From the human T2T-CHM13v2.0 reference genome, Homo sapiens: a stretch of 64,000 nt of DNA. Location of the stretch: NCBI RefSeq assembly GCF_009914755.1, contig NC_060938.1; one strand, given 5' to 3'. How positions within the stretch are numbered: position 1 is the first letter of the stretch; each line of letters begins with the position of its first letter. Below, piece by piece: positions 27,459 through 41,101 of this stretch. Under the pieces are notes generated by a model, which did not search any database, was not told where the DNA came from, and saw nothing but the letters and a program-made list of their open reading frames with translations. The translations under genes were made by a program, and so were the position numbers.

Positions 27459-28030
27459 CTAGAAACGTCAAGCCCTCGGGGCTTATATTGAAAAGCTGGG
27501 AGAAGCAGGAAAAGCTGCTTCCACAAAATGAGGATAAGAGGTAGTGGGTAAAAGAGATCAACGTTTACTGCATGTCCACCTGACCTTACACCCCATGTTC
27601 CTTCTGCTAAACTGACACAGAGATAGAACTACTTACTCAAATTTCCCTCCTTCTCTCCCAGTTAAGGGAATTTTCCAGTTGTGTGTGCATTTGTCTAGAG
27701 AGGGTAACACACAATGAAACTGATGTCCAATTGTGGAGGTACCTGGAGGCATTGTCCCATCACCCCATCTAGCAGAACTGGCAATGCCTTGGATGTGTGC
27801 AATGAGAATTTTTAAAGACCAGGCTTCTTTTTGCCTTGAATCCCTTTGGCTGGTCATAGCCCTGTTCTACAGCACAGGTCACGCTCTCTTCTCATTTAAT
27901 AAATTCATGAATGTAACCAGACAGAGGAACCTATCTAGATAGGCTCAACTTTTTGGGTAGGATTCATCTTCAAAACATGTGAAGTTTGTGGAATAGTGAC
28001 ATGGAGTTTTGTTCAGCCTGAACAAGGATC

Positions 28031-28443
28031 TGAATTGGATGCTGTGACATGCCAGCCCATATCCTCCTTCAGCCCTGAAGAACCTTTTCTCCCAGCTGCT
28101 GGGGGTGTTGTTGGCACAGTGCCCTTGGCTGTCAGCCTCTCTGGGAAGATCCTGGCTGAAGAGAGCTTCTCCACAAAGGACACCTCATATCAAATTGATT
28201 GATGTGTTGTTCATAGGTCCTGGCCCATCTAAGCACCACTCTGAAGAACCATCTTCACTCCAGAGCTCCTAGGAGGTCACCTGAGCCATTGATGGAGACT
28301 GTGTCACAGCCTAACTTCTCCCACTTGCCCAGTCCTCACCCTCCCCTTTCCACCGTTGTTGATCCCCAAAACACTCCTAATAAACATGCCGTGTGTTCAT
28401 CTCCATTTCAGAGTCTGCTCCTCAGAGGACCTTACTTGTGACA
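28031..28443 (+). mobile_element. LTR16-family solo LTR
   Basis: tg...ca termini, aataaa, perfect 5-bp TSD ggatc at 28026-28030 and 28444-28448. Confidence 0.88.
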
Positions 28444-28938
28444 GGATCTGATCGAATTATCTTTATAGAAGATATGTTTTAGCTGCCTCTCCACTCCCCC
28501 AGCCTAGGAAGAGTGGGTTTTAGAAGAAATATTTGACAACTGGGGTAGGGAGGGGGGACCTAGTTGCTGGCTTACCCCGTTAGAAATAGATCTCATTTTG
28601 CTTTTTCCCCATAACTCTGGTTCTGATGCCTGTTCATTCTATTGCATTGTGAGTTGTTGAAGGACAGGGGCATCTCTTAGACATCTTTGTGGTACCCATG
28701 GTGGCTAGCAGAGATCAGAAGTGCTCAACATCAGACTCAGTACCCATGTGTCCTCTCCCCTCACTAAATTCCAAAGGCATTCATGTCATTCCTGCCACTT
28801 TCCATCGGTTCCTCATAAACAAGGTAGAGGCTAAGGTGATTTGGTAGTAAATCATGTCAGAATAATTTATATATGCCTTTAATAACTAGACCTAGACTTT
28901 CTGTGCTACTGTTTAGATGTCTTGGGACAGAGATCAGG

Positions 28939-29405
28939 TGTACTGAGCTGAATGATGTCCCTAAACAGATATGTCCACATCCAAATCCCTGGCACCTGTG
29001 AATCTTACCTTACTAAGATTGAAAAAGAGATCTTTGCAGGTGTAATTAAGCTAAAGATCTTGAGAGGAGATCATACTAGATTACCAAAGTGGGCCCTAAA
29101 TCCAATAAGTATTCCTGTAAGAAATGGAAGAGAAAACACAGAAAGGCAGAAGAGGAGGCAGTGAGTGACCACGTCAACAGAGATGGGAGTGATACAGCTG
29201 TAAGCCACAGAATGCCTGGAGCCACGGAAGCTGGGAGAGGCAAGGAACAGAATCTCACCTAGAGCTTTTAAAGAAAGCACGGCCCTGCTGCCCCCTTGAT
29301 TTCAGACATCTAGCCTCCAGAATTGAGAAACAATGTTTCTGTTAGAAAGAATAAGTTTCTATACCATCCAATTTGTGGTCATTTACACAGAAGCTCTAGG
29401 AAACA
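28939..29405 (+). mobile_element. MLT1 (B/C-like) solo LTR
   Basis: tctttgcaggtgtaattaag...gaagctgggagaggcaaggaacag...ctctaggaaaca; TSD tcagg/ttagg. Confidence 0.88.
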
Positions 29406-29541
29406 TTAGGTCTGGAGAGTTAGAGAATCCAGAGTGAGTTCCACCTATACTACGAGATTCATATGTTGGGACTTGAATTTCTACTCTGACACCCCCCAGA
29501 CACTACCCTGTGCCTCTCCCATTGCAGAACAGACCTCTGCA

Positions 29542-29611
29542 ATGTTCATAGGTGTATGAACATTGTATGTATGTTCATAGGTGTATGAACATTGTATGTA
29601 TGTTCATAGGT
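29542..29611. repeat. 29-bp tandem repeat x2.4 with internal palindrome
   Basis: atgttcataggtgtatgaacattgtatgt, exact copies. Confidence 0.95.
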
Positions 29612-30944
29612 AGGATACTGAGATTGCCCAGAAGTCTGCAGTAGTGACTCTGGGCCTTGTGCTCAGCACTGGCCATTCCAGGGCCTGGAGAAGGCCATAG
29701 CCCCAAACACACCAGAGGAAGGAGATGGAGCCTCGTTTGAGCAACTTTCCAAACATTTAACAAAGATGTCCTTGAATTCATGATCCAGCTGCTCAAAAAA
29801 CTCTCAAGCAAATGCAGTATTATTAGATAACACAGGATTTGCTGGAGTAGAAAGGAATTTTTAGCAATCATAAAATAACTTTCATTTTAGATGAGAAAAC
29901 GAAGGCGGCAATGTTTTAATGTGACCTATGGTCGTAGTCAGAGGCGGAGTCTGAAGTCGAATTCAGGACATTCTTCTACTATGCCATACTAATGTACATT
30001 CTTAGAACATCTCTCTTTTTGGTTGTTCTAACATTTTTAAATTATCAAAGAGAATTGCTTATCTATGTATTTTAAATGAGGTATATAAAAGTCAAGTATT
30101 AGTCCTAATTTTAAAAATAGCTGTGTTTTGGACAGATATTTAGAATTCCAAACCAGCTTGCATCCTGGTGACATTCAGCTAGATGGAAATAGAAGCAAAC
30201 AAACAAAAGGAAAGCTTAGAGAACTGACCTCCCAGCTGCACGGAAAAATGGCTTTGAGGCAGTTCACCCCAGCTAGGAAGAGCTGCGGTGAAACAGCGTG
30301 TCTACACCATACACATACATATTCAGACGCTTTGTCAAAAAAGCCCAGTGCTAGAGCATTTCAATTAACAAAGTGGGATGGTTTACCTGATAAAATGCTC
30401 CCTGTGTGAGTGTAATTACATATTTATACCCCACAGAGATTTTTTAATTTCTGTTTGGTTTGTTTGCCTTGAATGTGTTTGTCACTGGGAGTGTTCTTGA
30501 TGTGCAATTTTAAAGCAGTGTTGGCCAACTGTGTGGCTTGTTTTCATTTTAGATTCATTACAGTTTGAAGATGATGCTTTTCCCCCTGTATACACACAAT
30601 ATTGATACTTCCACAAGAAGACAATACATCAAGGGACAGGAAAAGCATTAAAGGAAATCTGTCAAGTACCTGTTTTTTGGTTCTCCCCTAGTTGCTTTCT
30701 CTTGTTTGACTCAACTGGAGGCTACTAATTGAATCTGAAATGCTTGAAAACATGTTTTCTTTTTTTGCAAGTCTGCTTGTTTCTCATCTTCTGCACATAA
30801 AACTTTTCCTTCGCTTCACCTCCCCCTCATCAATATAGCAAATAAAGCTGGAGAAACAGAGGTCGTTTCTGTGGTTCTTCACCCTGTCCTTCCCTGATGA
30901 GTACACAGACACGTGGTTATACATTGCTGATTAATTGGGGCTGC

Positions 30945-31220
30945 TTTCATTCCATCAGTAAGCCTCCGTGTCCCTGCTATGTCCTGGATACCACTGTCTA
31001 GCTTTGGGTATGCAGAGATAAGTTGTAGCCCCTGATCTCATGGAGCTTGTGTGCCAGCAGAGAAGCCAGGCATGGAGAGAAGCACTTACAGTCTAGCAAG
31101 GCAAGTGCTGTAAGCGAGGTGTACCTGAGGCATGGGGGGAGGCACTGTGGAGGTGGAAATCAATTCGGCCCAAGGCAGGCTTTATGGAGGAAGAGGTGGC
31201 TCTGGAGGTGGATCTTAAAG
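30945..31220 (-). mobile_element. L2 3' fragment
   Basis: cctgctatgtcctgg...gcccctgatctcatggagctt...ggaggaagaggtggctctggag. Confidence 0.7.
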
Positions 31221-31777
31221 AGATCACTCACACACTTGAGAACTCATCAGTTGCTCAGACCAGAGATAAAGCCCTGAATAAGACCACAGTAAATGCTAAG
31301 ATTTACTATATTAAACCTGTAGACTTACAGATCACCTACAGAACATGCAGCAAAGTTTGATGACCACTATTCTCCTTCCACCCTGGGTTACACAATTTGT
31401 CTTCATGTCAGATAATCAGATCTTAGCTGATCTTTCCCATTGTTCTGCCTCAGACTGCAACACACTCCAATGCATTCTTCACAATTGCCAATCAGATAGT
31501 GTTGGGCCATGATCAGAATCCTTCATCAGGACTGCCCGGAGAATAAACTCTCCAGATAGATTCTCCTCCCTCTCTGCCCCATGCTCTGGGCACCAAATGA
31601 CTTAGAAGTCCCTATTTCAATTTTCTGTGCTTTGCACAGCCATTTCTACCTGAATGTCCTTCCCTCCATGAGATGTTTTTCACCTGTTTGCTCTTTGGTG
31701 TGCCTGCCAACGCTGTCCCCCAAAGCAGACTTGCTGGGTTCTTCCTTCCAGCCACCGTGATGCCTTGTAATCAAACT

Positions 31778-31905
31778 TGTCTTAGTTGGCTCAGGTTGCT
31801 ATCGCAAATGTGTCATAGACTATGTGGCTTAAACAACAAACATTTATTTTTTATAGTTCTGGAGTTTGGAAATCCTGAGATTAAGATGCCAGCAGATTCA
31901 CTGTC
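31778..31905 (-). mobile_element. MaLR (MLT1A/MST-like) LTR 3' fragment, next to a decayed plus-strand L2
   Basis: tgtcttagtt...ggcttaaacaacaaacatttattt...agttctggag...aagatgccagcagattc. Confidence 0.8.
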
Positions 31906-32187
31906 ACTCATGATCCATTGCTCACTTTAGGGCTTCATTTTAGGAATGTGATTGAGTAGAAATTAAATATCCACATTTATTCTCTTCAAATGTTCTATTT
32001 CCCTAACACAATTGTAAAGCTTAGAAAACTACAGCCCTCCAGAAATGAAAGTCCACATTCTGTACGTGTGCATTTCTTTCATATTTTCACTGGCTCTAGG
32101 TGTAGGATTTTCCCCCACTGACTCCAATTTAAGGAAATGTTCAGTGGTCCCCTGGCTATTGTGAAAAATCGACTTAAGGTCTGTCCT

Positions 32188-32264
32188 ATTGGTACGCAGG
32201 CAGTGACGTCATTTTACCTGGTAATGTATGAAGTTCAAATGCTTGGGAAGTTTGCCGTATAAAT
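32188..32264 (+). promoter_or_regulatory. Candidate promoter/enhancer motifs: inverted CCAAT, full CRE, TATA-like box
   Basis: ATTGG 32188-32192, TGACGTCA 32204-32211, TATAAAT 32258-32264 in non-repeat DNA; function inferred only. Confidence 0.3.
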
Positions 32265-33354
32265 CAATAAATAATAATAGTAATTGCGTATTTATCCACT
32301 AGGCCACCTGGAATATAGTCGTGTGATTTTACTCAGCATTCAGGGAAATGCAAGGTTTTCATTTTCTCTCTCTTTTTGGAAGGAAGCATACTGCTGAGAC
32401 TATTAGAGAAAATGCAAATCTCCTGGCTGTTTGGGAAAGCTCCAAAAGAGTGAAAGTGAGCAGTTGTTACCAGCAGTGTTTGGATGAAAATGTAAACTCT
32501 TTGTCTTTAAAAGTGTTTATTTAACTGCGGAGAGTTTACACAGCTTGTGGAGAATTACAGTGGAAGAAATTACATTTCATTTCCACCATCATCAGTTTTC
32601 TCCACCTGCCAAAGGTCCCCACTTCAGTCTGCTGGGGCATTAGTAATGCTTAAAATGATCACAAAGAAATACCAACATTTGCTGTTAAGATGGGGAAGAA
32701 TGCAGTGGGCTCAAAATGAGGAATTTGCATGCCTCCTGGCCCCCACACACTCAGAATAATTTCTTCTAAAATAAGTTTTCCTATCAGATTTATGTTCTGC
32801 TTTCTCCTCACCCTGTTGCTAATGAGTAGGACAGAGAAAGTTGCTAAAACCACTGACCCCTTGGCAAACACAGGACTCTGTTCCTTATAAATGCTCCATA
32901 AATATGTGTTGAGTAAATATTTTTAAAGTGAATGATTACATGCATTAGCAATCAATTAATGATTACTGATTAATTAATGGATTTATTTATGTTCTTTTTG
33001 AGAGGGAAGATATTCCATTTGAGGCAGAGGTAAGGTAGGGAATGTTCAGATTTCCTGTCTCCTCCTACCTAAACTCTTTCCCTACTTTCTGCCAACCCTA
33101 AACATGGGTGCCACAAGTAGACACCGATTAATAATGGGTGAGCTGACGATCACCAGAATGGCCTCCCTGTTTTGAGTTTCTAGAATCTAAGTCATAATGC
33201 CCACATTAACACTTTGTTCTTCTCATATTAACATAGAAATTGTAAATCTCAGAAAAGCGTATCTTCTCCTTATCCTATTGAGAGGATGATTTGGCCAAAA
33301 GGAAACATGCAATCATATCACATCAGGTTTTCAAATTGCAATGAGTGAGGCCTC

Positions 33355-33557
33355 TGATGGTTCCTAAACCAGATGGTCAATTCATGTGGGGAAGCTTTTT
33401 TTTTTAAATAATAATAACAAAAAACAACAACAACAACTCATAATTCTTGGGGCTATCTTCAAAAATCTGATAAAGTGAGTCTTCATGAAACCTAGAGACC
33501 TATATTTTTAAAACTTGCCCAGATAATTCTTGTGATCAACCATGCCTGGGAATTGTT
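33355..33557. mobile_element. MER5-like hAT MITE (diverged)
   Basis: tggttcctaaacc...tatatttttaaaacttgcccagataattct. Confidence 0.55.
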
Positions 33558-35299
33558 TCTTCACATTGCAACAGTGTGGTCCCTAGCAAACATTCAAACA
33601 CGTGTGATATTTGGATGACAAATACAAAATGAAAGATATGGACATGTTACAAAGAATATATTTGGTTTCCTGTGGAGCAGATGCTTGGCCGACTAAAATG
33701 CCGATGATGAGATTCTTGATTTCATTCACCTTACGTTGATTATTCTGCAATGGCCTGGAAAATCACTGAGTTGTTTTGAAATAAGCACCTTTATACTCTA
33801 TCAAGGTCAAACCTTTTACTTGATGTACTTAACTAACCATGTAAAATATTACATCAGCAAGCCTACGAGGCACTTGGAGATATATTCACATTTGCATAAT
33901 GTCCTCTGTAAGTTAGTCTTTGGTCCTTAAGGGTGTTTAGAATAACTGCATGCAAGAATATATTTAATCCAATCTCATTTTAGCTTTTGCTCTTTTAAGA
34001 TTTCAAAATTAATAAATCCTCCTGATACTCCAAATTACCATGAGCTTTTATAAGCATAACTTTGTAACTTTAACCCATTTATGAACATACCCCACAGGCA
34101 AATGTACTAATGAATAAGAAATAACATTAGAAGTTTAAAAGATGGTCTCTTTATGAAGTAATGTAAGAAAATCCTGTTAGCTGGATCCGGTACAAAAGTG
34201 CGATTTCTTAAAAAATACAAAATCCGTCACAAAATTACATGTAATTACAATAACCAAAGGATAGAAAGTAAGAATAGTTGAAGTACCATGCATTATTTAA
34301 CTTAGTACATGTTATCACTTGCTTGCATATGGATGAAAGCACGGGAAAAAAGGAACTGACACAAACTCTCCGCCTGCAGCTAAAGAAATTGTGGTATTTT
34401 GTACCTGGCTTCCTTGTATGTGAATTCTTGGCCAAAACCATCAACACACCTGATAGGTAGAATATGCTTCAGGTTTCTTCAGTCATTACCTGCTGGCTGC
34501 TTCTCTTCTTCAACCCCCTTCTCACTGTCTACCTTATTCTAACGTTACACTACAAAATAAAGTCAGTGTTCAGAGCTGAAGAAAATGCTAAAATCCACTT
34601 GGTCAACAAACTAGGCCACTCCTTCAATACGGGCAACAAAATTACGAGCCATATCTTATTATCATAGGAACACTTACATGTGAATTTCTATTTTCCAAAT
34701 TCTTTTGTGGTGTTTTTATTCCATTTGTTGGTGCTAAGTACCATATTGCAAAAAGGCCTCTCACACATGCCTCTGGTTCACTGAGTAGGACACCGTCGCA
34801 TACAAGGGATAAATCACTTGCCCAATGTCACATGCTAGTGCTTGCCTGGGCAGAAAAGAGAATTTAGATTCACTGAGATGCTAATCTTACATGGTTCACT
34901 AAGAAGATGTCTGAAAAAAGGATGAAGTACTGCCTTAAAGCATTTGAAAGGAAGATTGTGAAGAGCAGGAAATGATATTATGTGATAAGCTGTGAACACG
35001 GAGAGTCTCGCATATGGGCCAGCGGAGTCTTCATGGCAGAATGTCTAGTATGTTATCTGCAGCTGAGGGCATGAAGAGAGGGTGGGGAAGCAGTGATGGG
35101 TGGGATGTTTCCAGATGGGAAAAGTGGGGCTGACTTCTGCAGGCCATTCCTGGAATGGGTGCTCTCCGATGTTGCTGATAATCTTCCTGGAAAGCGCCAC
35201 AGCTTCAAAAGTTTCTATTCTTCCTGTGTTAAGTAGAACTGAAATGTGAGCAAAATCTTATGTTCAAAAATTAGATACAGACTTATGTTTATGATGAAA

Positions 35300-36530
35300 A
35301 ATTAGGAATAACTTAAATAACCAACAAATGGAAAACAGTAAATGATGGTATATTTATGTGATAAAATATTTAATGTCATGGGCAAGAGCTTTTTCTATAA
35401 TATTATATTAAAAAATATAAGTGTATCAAGTAAAATGATCCCCAGTGAAACACATTAAATTGTTAGCAATGATTTTATCTCTAAAGGGTAGTGTTAGGAT
35501 AGGGTTTAGTTTTTTTTTTTTGTCATTTTTTATGTTTTTCAAATTCTTTATAATAAGCATGTATTACTTTATAATCAGAAACATAACTTTTTTTTTTTTT
35601 TTTTGAGACAGGATCTCACTCTTGCCTGGGCTGGAGTGCAGTAACACAATCACGGCTCACTATAGCCTCTATCTCCTGGGCTCAAGTGATCCTCCCATCT
35701 CAGCCTCTCAAGTAGTTAGCACCACAGGTGTACACCATCATGCCTTGCTAATTTTTATATTTTTTGTAGAGATGGGGTTTTGTCCTGTTGCCAAGGCTGG
35801 TTTCAAACTCCTGGCCTCAAGCGATCCTCCTGACTCAGCCTCCTGAAGTGTTGGGGTTACAGGCATGAGCCACCATCCTCTGGCCACATTTTTTTAAATT
35901 ACTATACAAGATTCTTTCACACAGTTGGTGGAAGGATGAATTAGTAACATCGCTTAGTGTGCAAAGATATATGTAAGGATGTTTATTGTAGCATTAATTA
36001 TAAAAATAACAAATTGGAGAAAACAAATGTCTACCAGCAAGGAAATGGATAAACAAATAATCACTATAAATATTATAATTATTATTATTAAATAGTTAAC
36101 ATTTATTGGTTTTTATTAAGTGCTGGACATAGTTCTAAGTACTTAAAGTGTCTTAATCTTTTTCAACTCCACCATAATTTTTTGAAATACATACTATTAT
36201 TATCCTCATTTACAGATGAGATATTTCAGACATAATATTCATTACATCCAGCTTTTAAAGCTTGAGATTCTGATGCACTGGTATGGATGCCTATGATAAA
36301 GCAAATCACAAAGGACAATATTTCAGATAATTATCTTTTTTGTTTTTAAAAAATGTGTATACAAAAATGTAAGCATTTGTGCATTTAAACAGGTCTGAAT
36401 AAACAAATCAGATTCTTGATAGGGCCTTCTGGTAAATAAGTGTAGAAGTGATGAAGAGAGTTTTACATGTTAGTTCATATAGTTCTCAATGTTTTATATT
36501 GATTCTTGTAATTAAAATATTATGTTTTTA
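35300..36530 (+). mobile_element. L1ME-like fragments with embedded Alu and a minus-strand MIR (about 36090-36230)
   Basis: aaggatgtttattgtagcatt...aaatgtctacca..ggaaatggataaacaaa; MIR agttaacatttattg...catttacagatgag. Confidence 0.55.
35588..35885 (-). mobile_element. AluJ
   Basis: polyT plus dimer with J diagnostics. Confidence 0.94.
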
Positions 36531-36540
36531 AAAGAACGAT

Positions 36541-36839
36541 GGCTGGGCGATGCCTGTAATCCCAGAACTTTGGGAGGCTGAGGGGGGCAGATTACTTGAG
36601 GTCAGGAGTTCGAGAAAAGCCTGGCCAACATGGCAAAAACCCATCTCTACTAAAAATACAAAAATTAGCCAGACATGGTGGCAGCCGCCTGTGATTCCAG
36701 CTACTCAGGAGGCTGAGGCAGAAGAAACGCTTGAACCCGGGAGGCTGGAGGTTGCAGTGAGCCAAGATTGAGCTGCTGCACTCCAGCCTGGACAACAGAG
36801 TGAGACTCCATTTCAAAAAAAAGAAAAAGGAAAAGAAAA
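36541..36839 (+). mobile_element. AluS with short 5' deletion
   Basis: Dimer and A-rich tail. Confidence 0.94.
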
Positions 36840-37859
36840 TTACACTATCTTTAGACAACTAATATTGAGGAAAACAAAATGCAAACCAGCTAGCAGAATT
36901 CACAAACTACCAAACAGAACTTGAGTGTGCAAACCACAGAATGGTTGATATTATCTTAGCCAAGATTACATGGATAAAAATAGTAGGGGCACACTTGAGC
37001 ATAGTTACTCAGAGAATGAGAACTACAAGTTTGGGGGCACAAAGGAAACGGCTTAGTTAAGCAAAGGGTATATATTAGGAAACCAGCAAAATGAACTTGG
37101 TAAGGTAATATAGTCTGTTAATGCAGGCCCCTGAATAGCAGGTTCACAATGTGGGGCTTCATCCAGTAAGAGGTAGATAACTACTGTAAGTTCTAAGGCA
37201 AAGAAATAACATGTAGGACACAGAATATTTTCAAATTCATCTTACAGGCAATTCAGATGGATTAGCAAGAGACAAATCCATAGGTAGTTAGGGCTAGCTC
37301 AAAATCAAGGCATAAAATAAGACAGATCCACTACTAAGGCAGAGACTTGGGGAATGGAGAGGAAGAGCCATCTCAGAACAGCTCCACCCTTAGCCCAAGC
37401 AAGAAGGCCCCCATCTGGGATCCAAGGTTTTAGAAGCCTCCACGTATTGCAAAAATTCCAACGATTAAATTTAGTTAATTTAATAAGGAACACATGGACA
37501 TGTCTTTCTGGGTTGAATGTTCTCTAAAAATCCACTCTGTAGGCCTCGGGGAAGTGCTTTTCCACCCTTCTTGTCCTATTCCCTTAAGGTGAATGAAATG
37601 CAGTGATGTTCAGACATCAACCATGAAGGTTTGCAGTTTGTGCTTCTGTCTACATTAGAAACATACTGCTTTGCAGTACAAGAGGGCCTGAGCAGCAGAA
37701 GTGCTTGGGATCAAGAAAATGCAGTCACTTCCTCTCCATATAGAAGACACAGATTTTTGCATAGCAAAATATTTTTCTTAGCAGCTTTGAGCATCCATTT
37801 TCATGCTTCTCTTTATGTTTCCATCCATGGTTTCAAAGTCCTCATGATTAGTTAGAGCT

Positions 37860-38673
37860 GAGGAATATTTTGTAATATTAAATAATTTATATTACTCTCA
37901 CATTTGAGGATCTAGATATAACATCTATGTAATACACTAAAGATTCTGTGCACAGTTTCATTTTTACAAAATTATTTAATAAAATTTTTAGAAAATTAAA
38001 TAAAAATTCAATTAACCTGCCAGTTTTATCTAAATAATTTTGCTTTAAAATGTTTATTTTTATTAGTTGTATTTTAGCTTTTAACTTTAATAGGTAAACT
38101 TAAAAACCTTTTTTGAAAACACATTGAAAAATAATTTTTATTTTTGGTAAAAAATCTTAATTTGTCAATGTTTATCTCAAGTTATACTTTTTCTGAAAAT
38201 ACATTCAAATGTATTCTTGAATACAACTACATTTTATTTTTAATCTTTCAGGTAGTTCCTATTAATACAAGTGGCATGAAAATCTTGATCATAACAACAT
38301 AATTGATGATTTGACTGAAAAGAAGCCAAGAAAAATAAATTGTATTAAATTCACACATAACGACTTATGAAATATGTATATCTTTATTTTATCACTCATC
38401 TAAACAGTGCCAGCCCATCAACAGTCCCAGACATGTATAATTACAATTAAATTCTATTGCCTTTGACATTTGGCCAACTTTCAGGCATATGTAAATTATA
38501 GCTTTATCCAAACCATGTTATCATGAAGGTATTTTTCAAGGGAAAAAGGAATGTAATTTAGTCAATGGTTTGTAAGCTTGATTTTTTTATAACTTTCAAA
38601 TATTTAGATATGGAGTATACATGCCACTATTATATTCTTGCCCTAGGTCTCTAAGATGACACAGGCAGTCCAG
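37860..38673 (+). mobile_element. hAT-Tip100 (Zaphod/Arthur-like) transposon relic
   Basis: 38278-38340 translates ENLDHNNIIDDLTEKKPRKIN, like a hAT transposase C-terminus; subterminal tatttagata...tcttgcccta; left boundary uncertain. Confidence 0.5.
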
Positions 38674-39693
38674 GATTAAAAAGAAATGTCTAATAAAGGA
38701 TGTGGGAGCAAAGGAAATGGAGGCATTAAGGATAAAAAGATGAGTAATCTGGTGTCCCCACTGACAGGAGGAGGGAAGTTGGAGAGGGCAGCTTGAATCC
38801 ACCCGTCCTTTTGTAAAGCCTGGTGAGTATGAGTGGTTGTAATCAGTCATAAACCTCAGGCATCAGCTGAGGAACCACAAACTCAGAATCAATAGTATCA
38901 GTCAGGAGTAGGAGGGTGAACTTGGCACCTTGGACCCACATCTGACCCAGCCCTGTGAGGACAGCAGCTATGGAGCAGTCCCTGAGCATGGTGACTGGAA
39001 TGGACAGTACTCTGTTGGATGGAATCAGATTTCAGTATTTCTACTACGGACAATCCCAGAGTGGATTTTAGACTGAGATTTCAGAAATAGGTATTATTTC
39101 AGAATACCTAATCACATCATAAGCTTGCCAGAAGCAAATTTTATTAAATAAAATCTCTAGATCTTTTCTGTTACTGTTCTCTAAAAATCACTTCCTTCTC
39201 TCTCAACTGGCCTACACATCTGGGCATTGCCTCAGACTATGTGGTGCTCTGCTGATCTCATCTTCATGTTCCTTAGGCTTTGTGTTAAGGTTACCTTTTT
39301 CTTTTAGGTCATCTAACACTTTAAAGGACCAACCACTCTGTCTGCTCTGCCTCAGGCTACTTTTTCCTCCTTGTCACATTCACCACCCAGGTGGGCATTG
39401 CCAGTGGCAGCGGGGGCAGCACACTGACTCTTCTCATGGCCTAGTCTGACTGGTCTAACTCATCTCAGTCTCCTCTGGCTCAGCCCTACATGGAGCAGGT
39501 TTGAATATGACCCTAACAGATTTGAGTGAAGAACAGATGAGGATTTCAGTAAAGAGCCATGAGGAAGTCTACCCCCACCCTAACAGATGATTTCAGCTTT
39601 TCCTTCCTTTCAAATTCCTTCCCCTCCGCCTCAGCCACTACGACCACCTAAGGCATTAGGAATCTTCCGGGGTCAAAGCAGTGCTTTCCATAA

Positions 39694-40092
<399 letters not shown>

Positions 40093-41047
40093 TTAAGATG
40101 TAGTGGCACTCACCCCTACCCACATTCAATTCATGCTATTTTTAAAATTCAGTTCAAGTCAATTAATCACGCATAGGATAGGACTTATTAACGTATTCCC
40201 AGTCTCCATTCACCACCAACGCCCCCACCCATCCACACACACATATCACCCCCTCACCAGCTAAGAGAATGTTGTCCATCTCTCCCCATTCTCTCATCCT
40301 CTAAGCACATTTTGGCATTTGCCAAACTAGCTTGGGCTGTTTGTGAGACAGAATATGAGGAATGAGTAGACAGAAAAAAGACCTGAGAAAGAGAAAAATG
40401 GGAAAAAATCTTGCTAGCTGAGCCACTTCCCTTGCTCTCCTTTGTTGTTAAAAACTGAGGTGATAGGTAAAGCTGAAAAGGAATTTAAAAAAAAAAAGGC
40501 CTGAGCTATTTACTCGGTCTACACAATAAAGAACAGACAAAAGGGGTAGAGGAGACAGAAAAAAATCAGCGTGAGGTGTCTAGAAGATTATTTCTGGGGT
40601 AGGATTTGTAAGTGAGAGTCTCCAGAACCACTGCAGCCTGTGAAGAAGTGAAAGGTGGAGAGGGGATTGTTGTCATTGGGAGATATAAAATATACCCCGA
40701 AAATGTTCTATAACTGACACAGTTACATTTCTAGTGGTTGCTGGACTTTTCAGAATATGACTCCACATAGACAGGGCTATTGGGCCTTAGTTTATATTTA
40801 AGTTACATAATTATATAAGCCTCTGGTTGGAAAGAAATGATGAAGTTTTATGAAATCCCACAGGGTGAAGTCTCTCCCAACAGAGAGAGAGCATAGAAAT
40901 GTGTTCAGACAACAACGAAAATTTGAATTGGTCTAGAGATGGGTCCTCCACACTCAGGTAAACCCAGCATTTCCCACTGACAAGTTTTTCTTCATTTTTC
41001 CTCTTACCAATCTTTCAGAGCCAGCTTCAAATGTTTATTTTCTTACT

Positions 41048-41101
41048 TTTCCAAATGTAAAGATAGAGTTTCCAAATGGAAAGATAGAATTTCCAAATGG
41101 A
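41048..41101. repeat. 21-bp tandem repeat x2.6
   Basis: tttccaaatg(t/g)aaagataga(g/a). Confidence 0.9.

Noticed and set aside
33704-33769. Box C (ATGATGA) and box D (CTGA) at snoRNA-like spacing
   Set aside because: No convincing terminal stem and no recognisable guide sequence; expected by chance in 64 kb.
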